A DNA stretch of 64,000 nt from an uncultured Candidatus Saccharibacteria bacterium. GTDB taxonomy: Bacteria > Patescibacteriota > Minisyncoccia > Phycocordibacterales > CAIZLB01. The position numbers were made by a program, and so were the translations under genes. The notes under the pieces are model-generated. The model searched no databases and was not told where the DNA came from. It worked only from the letters and a program-made list of their open reading frames with translations. This document shows, piece by piece, positions 19,200 to 29,856 of this stretch; the stretch's first letter is position 1, and each line of letters starts with the position of its first letter. The stretch spans positions 37,798 to 101,797 of the forward strand of contig CAYXQC010000003.1 in the NCBI GenBank assembly GCA_964467385.1. Direction: 5' to 3'.

Positions 19200-19309
19200 A
19201 CGATTCGCGAGGACAGAATTTATTCTGTCCGATGCGGAGCGTATCTTGGACATGATAGGTTGATGAGAAAGACGGAGCGGATGAGGCGAGCATCCTGTGC
19301 AGCAAGCCT

Positions 19310-20119
19310 CTATTTCAAAGCCTTTTTGATATTCTCTAGCTGAATTTCTACATCCTTCTCTGTCATATTTATATTTTTATCAAGATTTTTCAATATAATA
19401 GCCTCCTCCTTTGTGAGATTTCTGACACCTTTTGTATTTTGCAAGAGCTCTACAGTCATTTGCACATTATCCCGTAAAGCCTTGAAGCTCTTATGCAGGT
19501 GAATTTCTGTCTTTGAAACATCGTTTCTTATTTTTCTTCTTAAGGTGAAAAGCTTGGAAGCAAGGAACCATCCGAAGGCAATCAGGCACGCCAAAGTCGA
19601 CAAAATTATTATTCCAATTCCTAAATAATTTATTACGAGGCCCCCTATTCTAAACAGAGCTTTTTGCTTAACAAGGATTGTCACTGGCACTGTCTGTTCG
19701 CTTTTCGCTCCCCTTCTATCTTCTACAAGAGCTGTCATTGAATAGGTTCCTGGATCAATTTTTTTCGTCCAGATTAGCGCAAAGTCCCCCGAATCATTTG
19801 TCTCTATTGACTGGTATTCTATTTTTCCATTTTTGTCTTTCAGATAGACGGTTACTGTCGTATTAGGGTAAGAAGTTCCTTTAACTTGAAAAACTTCTCC
19901 TACTTCAAGTTCTTTCGGGTAATCGATCAATTTTGGGCTTGCTATCGCAAGAATACTGAAGTCAGCGGACTGGACCGTAGAATTTCCAGCCTTATCAACT
20001 GCTTTAACCAAAATACTGTGTTTTCCTGGATTCAAGGCAGGAGTTACATAAATTGTAGATGAAGCCTCAGAGTTTATGATAATGCAGGAAATTACAGTGA
20101 AAAGACAAAGATCATACAC
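19310..20119 (-). pseudogene. Probable 5'-truncated Ig-like-domain membrane protein
   Basis: Begins mid-domain (PGKHSILVKAVDKAGN), followed by a second Ig-like domain, a TM helix and a coiled coil; no signal peptide or ATG start. Confidence 0.55.
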
Positions 20120-20202
20120 GTAGAAAACAGCAGGTAGTCTGCCTTTTTAAAATAAACAGAAAAAGCCCTGTGTTCAGAATGACGATGTTATACTATTTTT
20201 AC

Positions 20203-21276
20203 ATGATCAAATTTCATTTAAATAGAATGACTCGTCACTTCTTATCAGTGCTTATTTTTCTAATAGTATGTATACCTATCATCACTTTTGCGCATGAAGT
20301 ATACGTATTACAGCCGGATGATATACAACATGCGGTAACGACTGCATCCCCGAATCCATTCGATGTGATCCCATCACAAGAACAACAGTTTATCATTTGG
20401 GGAATACTAAGTATCATTATTGTTCTTGTTGTACTTACAATATCGATTTCTCCCCTCTTCGAACGAATGTTCGACCCGATACTTTTCCGGTTAAAGAAAA
20501 TTGCCCCTTTTATCTGTCGTATCACGGTTGGTATAAGTTTATACTCATCTGGATACCATCAAGCACTTTTCGGACCAGAACTTCCCTTATCACAGTTATT
20601 TACCAATCCACTAGAAATCAGCATTGTCTCCATTATGCTCATGTTTTTTGGAGTGTGTATCACATTCGGTTTTTTGACTCGATTCTTTTCTGTACTCGGT
20701 ATTTGTCTCTATATATATGCAAGCTTTGTACACCATACGTACATGCTTATGTATACTGACTACTTGGGCGCACTGCTCTTTTTGATTATCTACGGCGGAC
20801 ACATCTGGTCTATTGAAAATTTACTACCAATCAAACATAGATTCAATATCTTATTCAGCAAAATTAAACACCGTTTTGAGTCATATAGTTTTCTTATACT
20901 ACGTGTTTTCCTCGGAGTCGCCATATTCTATGCCTCTTTTTATGCCAAATTTTTGCATAGTAACTTGGCTCTGAGTACTGTACATAGTTACCAATTAACC
21001 GATTATTTTCACTTCACTCCACTCTTTCTAGTTTTAGGTGCCTTCATTCTAGAAGCTATTTCCGGCATCTGTATTGCGATCGGTTTTGAGATTAGATTCG
21101 TGGTACTCTTCTTAGCATTCTTTTTAACTCAATCACTTTTGTTTTTCGGAGAAGATCTCTGGCCGCATATTATCCTTTTCGGTTTAGCACTTTCCGTCTT
21201 CTTTCATGGGTATGATAGGTACACAATGGAAAAAGCATTATTCCAGAGACATAGAAAGGGTGAACCTGTACTATGA
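20203..21276 (+). CDS. DoxX-like multi-pass membrane protein
   Basis: AHEVYV after a signal-like segment; two DoxX-like repeats (R..G..., GFLTR/GFEIR). Confidence 0.7.
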   Translation: MIKFHLNRMTRHFLSVLIFLIVCIPIITFAHEVYVLQPDDIQHAVTTASPNPFDVIPSQEQQFIIWGILSIIIVLVVLTISISPLFERMFDPILFRLKKIAPFICRITVGISLYSSGYHQALFGPELPLSQLFTNPLEISIVSIMLMFFGVCITFGFLTRFFSVLGICLYIYASFVHHTYMLMYTDYLGALLFLIIYGGHIWSIENLLPIKHRFNILFSKIKHRFESYSFLILRVFLGVAIFYASFYAKFLHSNLALSTVHSYQLTDYFHFTPLFLVLGAFILEAISGICIAIGFEIRFVVLFLAFFLTQSLLFFGEDLWPHIILFGLALSVFFHGYDRYTMEKALFQRHRKGEPVL

Positions 21277-21295
21277 TTATGTTTAATAAAAAACA

Positions 21296-21529
21296 ATGAT
21301 GCAAAATATAAAAACTGGTTTATACCAACATTACAAAGGAAAGGAATATGAGGTTATTGGTATCGCAAAACACAGTGAGACCCTGGAAGAACTTGTCATT
21401 TATAAAGCACTGTATGACTCTGAAGATTTTGGTAAAAATGCTATTTGGGCAAGACCGGTTTCAATGTTCACAGATACTATTACAATAGATGGAAAAGAAA
21501 TTCCTCGATTTGAATACAAAGGAAATTAA
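21296..21529 (+). CDS. DUF1653 family protein
   Basis: GLYQHYKGKEYEVIGIAKHSETLEELVIYKALY...WARPVSMF...RF. Confidence 0.9.
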   Translation: MMQNIKTGLYQHYKGKEYEVIGIAKHSETLEELVIYKALYDSEDFGKNAIWARPVSMFTDTITIDGKEIPRFEYKGN

Positions 21530-21595
21530 AAAGCTATGAGATGTGTCTAGTAAATTCATCCAAATCCTTCCCTAAAGAATTCATCATCTTCGGCA

Positions 21596-21783
21596 TCAAA
21601 CAAGCACAGCCATGAATTGTTGACCCATGAGCTCAAATGTCACCGTATCACAATCCCCTGATGGCGTATCATGAATAGTTGTAATATTTGTCACTTTTGA
21701 ATTCGGAAAAATGTTTGTATAGAAATTGACCGCCTCAACCGCTTGTGTATCAAACCAAAGATGCGTAATGATTTTTTTGACAT
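21596..21783 (-). pseudogene. VOC/PhnB (3-demethylubiquinone-9 3-methyltransferase-like) family remnant
   Basis: IITHLWFDTQAVEAVNFYTNIFPNSKV...VTFELMGQQFMA is out of frame with ATG 21783 across an A7 run, and stops early. Confidence 0.8.
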
Positions 21784-21942
21784 GTTTTTTTAATTTAAGC
21801 TATTATCGCCCACTATTGTTATGAGCAACCAACTCATCTAACTAGCCATACTATACGGTGCAATGTTTTTAGGTTTATAATATGCCTGTAAGTATAACTC
21901 ATTTATTACTCATATATAGACAGCAGTCTAACCAATAAAACC

Positions 21943-22470
21943 ATGACTTCACCACACATGACTCGTGAAGAAATTATCGCTAAATATCCAGATATTTATG
22001 TCAACGAAAGTGGCGGTAGCGATAGCTATCAGGAAGGCCAGTCGATTATTGAACGTGATCCTGTAGCTGTGATTATCGAACATCCGACTGAAGAAAAAGT
22101 CCTTGTCTCTATGTGGAAAAAATCAAACTGGAATGGTTTTCTAACTGGTGGTATCGAAGGTGACGACACACTCGAACAAACTGTTGCTAAAGAAATTCAC
22201 GAGGAAACTGGTTTTAAAAATATTGCAAAAATAGTGCCAACTGATTTTATAGCACACGGCCTCTTTTTCCATCCGATTAAAAATGTAAATCGCCTCGCGC
22301 ATTATCATCTTGTGCTCGTAAAACTTGCAGACCTGGAACAAGACGAGGTTTCTGAAGAAGAAAAAGCTATTGCTGATTTTGAGTGGGTTGATAAATCTGA
22401 AGTTGAAAAAATGCTCACACAAAAAGACATGCGTATGTTGTGGCAATATTTTGTCGAGCACGCAAAGTAA
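21943..22470 (+). CDS. NUDIX hydrolase
   Basis: GGIEGDDTLEQTVAKEIHEETG Nudix box. Confidence 0.88.
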   Translation: MTSPHMTREEIIAKYPDIYVNESGGSDSYQEGQSIIERDPVAVIIEHPTEEKVLVSMWKKSNWNGFLTGGIEGDDTLEQTVAKEIHEETGFKNIAKIVPTDFIAHGLFFHPIKNVNRLAHYHLVLVKLADLEQDEVSEEEKAIADFEWVDKSEVEKMLTQKDMRMLWQYFVEHAK

Positions 22471-22614
22471 ATCCTTGAGGTTTTTTTCTTACTCTTTGAA
22501 ATTCACCTTCAGGCTTTGACCAACAAAACACCGCCAAATTTCCCTTTGCCTAAAATAAGGCGACATATCATCTCGCTCAAAAAATTCTCAAGAAACTTTA
22601 GAATGATTTAACTA

Positions 22615-23031
22615 TTACCACCCGATCACAATTCCCATCGCAAGCATCACCACAAGACTTGCAAAACATTCATAGATCCAAAGTTTATAGCTTCGTCCCA
22701 TCCAGATTACTTCCATTGATGTACTCGTGACGATAAATCCGAGCCATACAATAAATCCGCAAATCATTCCATTTACTACAGTTGATCCGCTAAGCGCACC
22801 TGAAGAAGCAGAGAGTGCAAACGCCACCGCAAGACCAGTAGCTGAAATGATATTTGAGACAAAATTCCAAGCCATATTTCCGATCATGTCAGAAAACTTT
22901 TCATTGCCAGTTGGCACAATATTTGCGAGTCGCATCCACATTTTCCCAAGGACAGGACCATGCAACAAGAATCCGATGATAAAAGCTACTACGGCTGCTA
23001 TAAATATTGAGAGGAAATTGATAGATAACAT
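22615..23031 (-). CDS. DUF1761 family membrane protein
   Basis: INFLSIFIAAVVAFIIGFLLHGPVLGKMWM start; four TM helices. Confidence 0.8.
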   Translation of the reverse strand: MLSINFLSIFIAAVVAFIIGFLLHGPVLGKMWMRLANIVPTGNEKFSDMIGNMAWNFVSNIISATGLAVAFALSASSGALSGSTVVNGMICGFIVWLGFIVTSTSMEVIWMGRSYKLWIYECFASLVVMLAMGIVIGW

Positions 23032-23200
23032 ATATCTTTTGATTATCTGTTAATGTACATATTATATCACTCTTAGGAGACTACAATTTTGTACCAACTT
23101 AAACGCAAATAAAGCAAAACCGCCCACGTTTAGGACGGTTTCGCTCAATTATTTAACTACGAATCTCGAGTCTATTTGATTTGACCACCCAATCTACTAC

Positions 23201-24259
23201 TTACTGCGCATCCGTTGTGAATGAACCAGTAGCAGATGCTACAACGCTTGTACCTGTCGAGCTGGCATTTGCGTCAGCAGTAGCAGTACTCTGAATCACA
23301 TAGTAATACTTTGTATTAGGACCAAGATTGCTCACCGTTACGCTGTGCAAGAACACATTGTCGGCAATGGCGACTGTGGCTGTAGCACTTGTATCGACTG
23401 AAGAGTTTGTGCTAACCCACACCTTGCTATCAGCTTTGTGATTAGTAAACCATACAATTCGCGATGAATCTGAATCTGTTTCAATACTTGTACTGAAGAA
23501 GATACGTAGATTCGCAATGATCTTAGCTTCTGATTTTGTATGGAATTTCATAACACCTGTTACTTTTGTATTTCCATTTGAATCCTTAGCTGAGATTGTG
23601 AAGAAGTATTTTGTATCTGTTTTAAGATTTGGAATGAATACAGAGTGACTCGTCGAAGCAGTTGCGTCAACCGCTACACTATCGTATACATCAACCTTTT
23701 CATCAGTACTGTATCGTACTTCACCTGTTGTAACTTCATTTGTGTTCCATGTGATTGTTACAGTTGAGGTTCCAGCAACAGCATCTATCTTTCTAATGTT
23801 TGGAAGTGAAGCATCTACTGTGCTACTAGCTGTAGTTGTAGCATGTATACCAAACTTTCGAGTAAACCATCCCCAAAGACCTGAAGGAAGTCCTTTACCG
23901 TCCTCAATTCGCTTCTCGATACCTGGAGCATGCTGGATACCAGCTGGAAGAGTTGAACTGGCACCAACTTTCCATGTACTTGAAGCATTCACTCTGCCAC
24001 TATCACCTCGCATATCTCTATCGCCTTTGAAATCAATTTCTGTTCTTGAATTTACATTTCCATTCACATCGATACGAGTATTCGAACCTCGATTGAAACT
24101 GCCTGAGGCATTGACGTTTCCTGAAACTCCGAGATCGGCACCAAGTGCCGTCAACGTCATCGGTTGAGCATCAGCAAATGAAGGGCTACATACAAATGCG
24201 AATGCTACCATGACGGAGACGATGCTGAATATATTTTTTTTGTAAGTAATGTTTTTCAT
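23201..24259 (-). CDS. Secreted protein with two fibronectin type III-like domains
   Basis: Signal peptide, LPAGI..APGI motif, two ITWNTN...HSV...L...TKY repeats. Confidence 0.8.
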   Translation of the reverse strand: MKNITYKKNIFSIVSVMVAFAFVCSPSFADAQPMTLTALGADLGVSGNVNASGSFNRGSNTRIDVNGNVNSRTEIDFKGDRDMRGDSGRVNASSTWKVGASSTLPAGIQHAPGIEKRIEDGKGLPSGLWGWFTRKFGIHATTTASSTVDASLPNIRKIDAVAGTSTVTITWNTNEVTTGEVRYSTDEKVDVYDSVAVDATASTSHSVFIPNLKTDTKYFFTISAKDSNGNTKVTGVMKFHTKSEAKIIANLRIFFSTSIETDSDSSRIVWFTNHKADSKVWVSTNSSVDTSATATVAIADNVFLHSVTVSNLGPNTKYYYVIQSTATADANASSTGTSVVASATGSFTTDAQ

Positions 24260-24321
24260 GGTAGTGATTTATTAAGTCATAAGGTAGGAATATACATGTA
24301 TATCTTTCCTACACACACTAC

Positions 24322-24350
24322 AAAGACGTCGGCACATACAACTGCTTACC
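24322..24350 (-). promoter_or_regulatory. Putative ECF sigma promoter GTAAG-N16-CGTCTT
   Basis: Minus strand GGTAAG CAGTTGTATGTGCCGA CGTCTTT; same motif at 25309 and 38845. Confidence 0.75.
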
Positions 24351-24555
24351 ACTCATATATACAAGCGTATTTTATGTAAAGCATTTGTATACTTCGCAAA
24401 TTATCAAAATATGATAAATAATATAATTAAAATTATCTAAAAAAACAAAACCGCACGCCAGTTATAGTGACGTGCGATTCTGCTTTGTTCTTTTCCCCTC
24501 TGGCCCAACACCTTTTATCCGGTGCCAGTACCCCGCTATCTAGGCTTTTGTCCGA

Positions 24556-25215
24556 CTAAATAGCGGTGAAGGATCGTGGAAGTGTAACTGTTACATTACC
24601 TGCCGCGTCTGTCGCGTGGACAACATACCAATACTGTTGACCAGCTGTCAAGTTAGGAAGAGCGATACTCTGTCCAGCTGAAAGTCCTGTACCTACATTT
24701 ACATATGCAGCACTAATTCCTACTTGTGATGTGCCTTCAAGGGCTTCAGTCATAGTAATAGGCTTTGAGTCGAAGTATACACGGCCCATAACAGCTTCGT
24801 TTGAAGTCCAGCTAACAGTAGCCTGACCTGAAGAAACGATACCGTTAAGGTTATAAAGCATAGGTGCAGTGTTATCCATAGAAGCACCAAGTGAACCACC
24901 TGTAAGGATCATGTTGTTAATCGCAGCAAGAGTAAGAGGTCCTACTCGTCCGACCTGTGGAAGACCAACCATTGCCTGGAATCGTGCCACGGCTCTAGAT
25001 GTCAGTATTCCGAAGTAACCAGTAACTAGACCCTCAGGATAGATCGAAGAATTAGTTCCGAGAAACGCCTGCAAGTTTGAGACGTTAACTCCTCGTGAAC
25101 CAATACCCATCTGGGCGGTTAGTGCGGTGGCAGCAGAAACTCCAGAGGCACTAAATACAAGTGCAAATGCTGTGAGCATAACCGCCACCTTAAGATTCCA
25201 ATTGTTCTTTTTCAT
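24556..25215 (-). CDS. Secreted peptidoglycan-binding plus FN3-like protein
   Basis: Signal peptide, GSRGVNVSNLQAFL...GYFGILTSRAVARFQ...GRVGPLT PG-binding domain. Confidence 0.88.
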   Translation of the reverse strand: MKKNNWNLKVAVMLTAFALVFSASGVSAATALTAQMGIGSRGVNVSNLQAFLGTNSSIYPEGLVTGYFGILTSRAVARFQAMVGLPQVGRVGPLTLAAINNMILTGGSLGASMDNTAPMLYNLNGIVSSGQATVSWTSNEAVMGRVYFDSKPITMTEALEGTSQVGISAAYVNVGTGLSAGQSIALPNLTAGQQYWYVVHATDAAGNVTVTLPRSFTAI

Positions 25216-25308
25216 AGTTATGAATTAATTAATGTGTGATTATTAATTTGATATTGAACATTCCCGTTATTGTTATATCAGTCGCAATAACCGACCTTTA
25301 CGTACATA

Positions 25309-25336
25309 AAGACGGCGGTTCTTATCAGTGCTTACC
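25309..25336 (-). promoter_or_regulatory. Putative ECF sigma promoter GTAAG-N16-CGTCTT
   Basis: Minus strand GGTAAG CACTGATAAGAACCGC CGTCTT. Confidence 0.75.
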
Positions 25337-25548
25337 AGTCTCACAAATAAGATAAAAATTTATAAGGCTTAAACTTCAGACATTTTAATAGACATAGTAT
25401 GGTTATGGAAAAGACTAGACATATATAATGGGAGGAGTACAGTGTAATTAAGAGAAAGGTAATTTACACCTTTGAGCTACAACATAAATGCTCATAAATA
25501 GAACCGGCGCTTTCCAGAAATCATTTAAGCCTTTCTTCGTCTTATAGC

Positions 25549-26079
25549 ATGGAGGATCTAAAAAACAAGTTTGATGAAGCCTATACTACTCATGCAGATC
25601 CAATCTTTCGCTTCTGCTTTTTTAAGCTGAATGATCGTGAATTGGCTAGAGATATGATGCAAGAAACATTCATGAAAGCATGGACGACAGCATCAAAGGA
25701 AGGATCCAACATTGAAAGCATGAAAGCTTTGCTATATAAAATAGCAGGAAACCTTGTAATAGATGAATATCGGCGCAGAGGTCGACGTGGCCAAGAGCCA
25801 TCCCTTGACGTTCTCCACGAAGAAGGATTTGATCCTTCTTTCGACGATACCTCATCACTCCTTGATATTATTGACGGGAAAGAGGCTATAAGACTTATAA
25901 GCCAAGTACGTGAGCCATATGGTGAAGCTGTGTTTATGAGATATGTGCAAGACCTCACACTCCCCGAAATAGCCAATATCACCGGTGAGACCGAAAATAC
26001 CATATCGGTAAGAGTACATAGGGGGATAGCTATACTAAAGAAGATATTCAATCACGAACAGGAACACGCAAATACATGA
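25549..26079 (+). CDS. ECF RNA polymerase sigma factor
   Basis: Region 2 (ARDMMQETFMKAW, LYKIAGNLVIDEYRR) and region 4 (LTLPEIANITGETENTISVRVHRG). Confidence 0.95.
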   Translation: MEDLKNKFDEAYTTHADPIFRFCFFKLNDRELARDMMQETFMKAWTTASKEGSNIESMKALLYKIAGNLVIDEYRRRGRRGQEPSLDVLHEEGFDPSFDDTSSLLDIIDGKEAIRLISQVREPYGEAVFMRYVQDLTLPEIANITGETENTISVRVHRGIAILKKIFNHEQEHANT

Positions 26080-27734
26080 AAAAGAATAATTTATACAAGA
26101 TCATAGAACAAATGAATAATGAAGATGATAGTGAGATTCTCATACATGGTGAACTCTCACAGGTGCCCTCAGAGGATCTTTTATCTCTCCTCGAAAAAGC
26201 AAATGACATTTCGTTAACTACTGAAGAAAAAACAGCAGGTGCTTCAGCGTTCCGTGCATTTATGGAGATAAATACTCCAGCCAATGTTCCCGCCGAATCT
26301 ATCGAATCCACCGAATCTGTCAAAACCTCAAATGTACAGAAACCAAAAGAGAAGCTTAAGTCTTTATATACAAGCTGGGATATTTTAACCATGAAAGCTT
26401 CTCGAGAAGCTTCACGAGCTCTCGTTTTCATAAAAAAGAATCATATGGCATACACAGCTGTGGTGTTACTATTTGCATTCCTCTTCACTTCAAGCATAGC
26501 GTACGCTTCCCAAGATTCACTTCCGGGCGATATCCTCTACCCTGTTAAAATTCATGTACATGAAAAAATTGAGTCTGTTCTCGCAACTAAAACTGAAGAT
26601 AAAGCGCGAGTAGCCGTAAAACATGCGGTTAATCGTGTAAAAGAGGCTGAAACACTTGCTTCAGAAGGAAAAATCGACAAGGAAAACAGAGCGTCCATAG
26701 ATGCAGCCATTGAAAAAGATAGCTCAAAAGCAGAAGCTAGTCTCGCAAGACTCTCAGACGAAGGAAAGGCTGACTTGGCAGTACAAATCAGTTCTGATTA
26801 CGAAGATTCACTTAGTATATTTGCAAAAAATATTGAAAACATCAGTGCCAAAGAATCAGCTCGAGTCGCCATTTCTGTAAATGAAAAAGCTACACGAATC
26901 ACGAAGCTCGCCACAACTATGGAAAGATCTAACAAGTCTGAGGATACAAACAACACCATCGAAACAGAAAATGAAGTGGAAAAAGCAAGTATTACAAAAA
27001 ATATTGAAATTAAACTTCAGAATAAATTAAAGGTTTTAGCTGAACAACGAATCGCCCTTGAAGCTAAACTCTCAGCATCAAGCACAATTGTTGCCACTAA
27101 GAAAAACGCAAATAGCGAGCAAGATTCTTCTAAGCAAAAAATTGATAATATTGAAAAATACGTTAAAGTTCCTGATGAAAATTTCACCATATCTGCTACA
27201 GAAATAAAAGAAATTAAAGACAAAGTGGAAGTGGCTAAAAATACATATCAGCAAGGAACCCAGAAAATGAATGTTGGTGCCTACGGAAACGCTTTAACCC
27301 TCTTCAAAAATGCCAAGACAGATGCTGAAAATGCTGAGAAAAAACTCATTAATTCATATAAAAAAATAGTACCGGCTGATTCAGCAAACCCAGGAAATTC
27401 TTATGGTGCAACATATGTAGGCAGTTCAAAAAAACGAGATGGTACTACTACAACGCTCCTCAACATAAAATCTCTCACCATTGTTGACCTTGATGCTTTT
27501 GGATCATCAACACAATCAAATACAGTGGCGAGTTCAAGTTCGTCAACCAATATTGAAATAAATTCTAGTGCAGCAGGTTCTGCAAGCTCTGGCGTTCCCC
27601 CGACAAGTGGACAAAACTCATCCGTGACAACACCCACAGCATCAACACCAGCCGTTTCAACTCCTGCAGGAACTGTCCCAAGTGCTTCTATACCAGCGGT
27701 TTCAGCACCCGCTGTTTCTGTGCCTGGATTATAA
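26076..27734 (+). CDS. Probable anti-sigma factor, DUF5667-like
   Basis: Overlaps the sigma stop; TM followed by SLPGDILYPVKIHVHEKI; S/T/P/A-rich tail. Confidence 0.8.
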   Translation: MKKNNLYKIIEQMNNEDDSEILIHGELSQVPSEDLLSLLEKANDISLTTEEKTAGASAFRAFMEINTPANVPAESIESTESVKTSNVQKPKEKLKSLYTSWDILTMKASREASRALVFIKKNHMAYTAVVLLFAFLFTSSIAYASQDSLPGDILYPVKIHVHEKIESVLATKTEDKARVAVKHAVNRVKEAETLASEGKIDKENRASIDAAIEKDSSKAEASLARLSDEGKADLAVQISSDYEDSLSIFAKNIENISAKESARVAISVNEKATRITKLATTMERSNKSEDTNNTIETENEVEKASITKNIEIKLQNKLKVLAEQRIALEAKLSASSTIVATKKNANSEQDSSKQKIDNIEKYVKVPDENFTISATEIKEIKDKVEVAKNTYQQGTQKMNVGAYGNALTLFKNAKTDAENAEKKLINSYKKIVPADSANPGNSYGATYVGSSKKRDGTTTTLLNIKSLTIVDLDAFGSSTQSNTVASSSSSTNIEINSSAAGSASSGVPPTSGQNSSVTTPTASTPAVSTPAGTVPSASIPAVSAPAVSVPGL

Positions 27735-27785
27735 ATTACAAGATGATTTAACAGCGACGGATTTGTGTTAATTTCAGCAGTTATC

Positions 27786-28376
27786 TTAGGCAGATTTTTC
27801 AAAATCAAGCATCACTTTTTTACGTTCACTTCCCCATCTGTACCCACCGAGCTCCCCGTCCGATTTCAAGATTCTGTGACATGGAACAATAAAAGCAATT
27901 GGATTATTGCCGATAGCAGTTCCGACCGCACGATATGATTTCGGTGACCCAATCTTTTTTGCCAGTCCAGCATATGAAGAAGTTTTACCAAAAGGAATAG
28001 TAATGAGTGCTTCCCAGACTTTTATTTGAAAATCCGTACCTCGTACATAAAAAGTTAGACCTGTGTTGATTTCTTCACACCCTGCCTGAAGATTTGAAAA
28101 ATATTTTACAATTTCTTCATGTGTACCATGATTCTTTTTCAGAATCTTTGCCTTTGGCCAGCGATCTTTTAGGTCGGCAACAATATCACCTGCACTATTT
28201 CCTGTTTCTGCAAAAAGCACATTACAGATATCATTATTCAAAGAAGCAACAAGGCATCTACCAAAAGGTGTCTCACATGTAGTGTAGTGAATCTCTAAAT
28301 TTGCTAAGTCTGTTGGTTGCATTTTTCTTAGCTTAATTTTTGGAACCCTTCTCGGGACATGAGATTTTCTTTTCAT
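27786..28376 (-). CDS. ogt: Methylated-DNA-protein-cysteine methyltransferase
   Basis: GTDFQIKVWEAL, RAVGTA, PCHR active site, GGYRWG. Confidence 0.95.
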   Translation of the reverse strand: MKRKSHVPRRVPKIKLRKMQPTDLANLEIHYTTCETPFGRCLVASLNNDICNVLFAETGNSAGDIVADLKDRWPKAKILKKNHGTHEEIVKYFSNLQAGCEEINTGLTFYVRGTDFQIKVWEALITIPFGKTSSYAGLAKKIGSPKSYRAVGTAIGNNPIAFIVPCHRILKSDGELGGYRWGSERKKVMLDFEKSA

Positions 28377-28457
28377 GGCGCTATTGTATAATGCCGATAT
28401 TGAACCGCCTAGTCTAGCCAGATAAATAGATTAAAGAATACTAGGTATCATCAGCCC

Positions 28458-29282
28458 ATGTCCACATCACCGACTAAGATCAGAGAATTCAAAAAACTTA
28501 TCTGGAACTACTATAAAGAATATGGCCGTGATCTACCTTGGCGAAAGACCACAGATCCATACAAGATTTTAGTTTCAGAGATAATGCTCCAGCAAACACA
28601 GGTCTCTCGAGTTATCCCAAAGTATAAGGAATTTCTCAAAAAATTCCCTAATATAACCGCACTTGCTGAAGCAGACAGGACTGCTGTACTAAAAGTTTGG
28701 ATTGGTCTTGGCTATAATCGCCGAGCACTTTTTTTGAAGCGAGCAGCCGAAGAAGTGGTGATTAATTTTCAATCAAGATTTCCTAAAGATCGAGAAACTC
28801 TGATGAGATTAGCAGGTATTGGGCAATCCACAGCTGGCGCAATCATGGCATTTTCATTCAACCAACCAGTTACATTTATTGAAACAAATATCCGTTCAGT
28901 TTTTCTTTATCATTTTTTTAAAGAAAAAACAGATGTCAGTGATGTAGAGATTTTACCCATTATCGAACAAACAAGTGATACAAAAAATTCTCGTGAATGG
29001 TACTACGCCTTATACGATTACGGCTCAATGCTAAAAGCAAAATTAGGTAGACAAAAAACAATACTCCACAAACAAAGTAAACACTATGTAAAACAGAGTA
29101 CATTCAAAGGCTCGAATCGCCAGATCCGGGCAGCTATCGTGCGATATGCACTGGAACATCCTACTGGAACAAAGAAGGATCCTGCGGCAATTTTCAAGAA
29201 TCTTAAAAAAGATTTACCACACCTAACCTTAAGCAATCTTAAAGAAAATCTAAAGAGGTTAACAGCGGAAGGATTGATTTAG
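28458..29282 (+). CDS. mutY: A/G-specific adenine glycosylase, short MutY-like
   Basis: GRDLPWR, VSEIMLQQTQV, GLGYNRRA, HhH LAGIGQSTAGA. Confidence 0.88.
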   Translation: MSTSPTKIREFKKLIWNYYKEYGRDLPWRKTTDPYKILVSEIMLQQTQVSRVIPKYKEFLKKFPNITALAEADRTAVLKVWIGLGYNRRALFLKRAAEEVVINFQSRFPKDRETLMRLAGIGQSTAGAIMAFSFNQPVTFIETNIRSVFLYHFFKEKTDVSDVEILPIIEQTSDTKNSREWYYALYDYGSMLKAKLGRQKTILHKQSKHYVKQSTFKGSNRQIRAAIVRYALEHPTGTKKDPAAIFKNLKKDLPHLTLSNLKENLKRLTAEGLI

Positions 29283-29352
29283 GCAAAAAAGCACAATTAA
29301 AACACCATTTTTATGTACTTTGTCCATACCCCATCCGTGATATAATTTGTAT

Positions 29353-29856
29353 ATGTTAAGAAATACGGCTATAAATCTAAGTTTAAAGATCGGCCTAGCT
29401 ATCCCTTTCATGTATACCTGCCTTGCCTCATTTTTCGTACCTGATCATGTGCTTTCTTTCTGGCCCAAATTCATAGTACGACACATCAATGAAACAGTTA
29501 TTCTCTTCATAACAGGACTCGGCACCCTCATCTTTGTCGTTTCCATGCTTTTTTTCCGATCTTCAGATCATCAGAAATTTGTCGTCTCAAGTTCTGGCAT
29601 GATTGCAATTGCATTAGTAGGACTTTCAAATCTCGACAATGTACCCTTCTTGATCGACCTCGTCCCTCTCTTTTTCATCGCGCTTGCACTTACCCTCCGA
29701 TACTATCCTAGAGTTCGAGTCGTGGCGGAAACAAAAATTACACCGCTTGCAAATGTAACCATTCAAAAACATAAGTATGCCGAAGTGAAAGACACTGTTG
29801 TTGAAGTAGGTATCGATGCAGAACATGATCAACATATTTTTGTCCCAAAGCAGTAA
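29353..29856 (+). CDS. Hypothetical membrane protein
   Basis: Four hydrophobic segments; TATAAT lies 6 nt before the ATG. Confidence 0.7.
   Translation: MLRNTAINLSLKIGLAIPFMYTCLASFFVPDHVLSFWPKFIVRHINETVILFITGLGTLIFVVSMLFFRSSDHQKFVVSSSGMIAIALVGLSNLDNVPFLIDLVPLFFIALALTLRYYPRVRVVAETKITPLANVTIQKHKYAEVKDTVVEVGIDAEHDQHIFVPKQ

Noticed and set aside
27520-27730. Tandem-like repeats in the anti-sigma tail
   Set aside because: Ordinary S/T/P/A low-complexity coding sequence.
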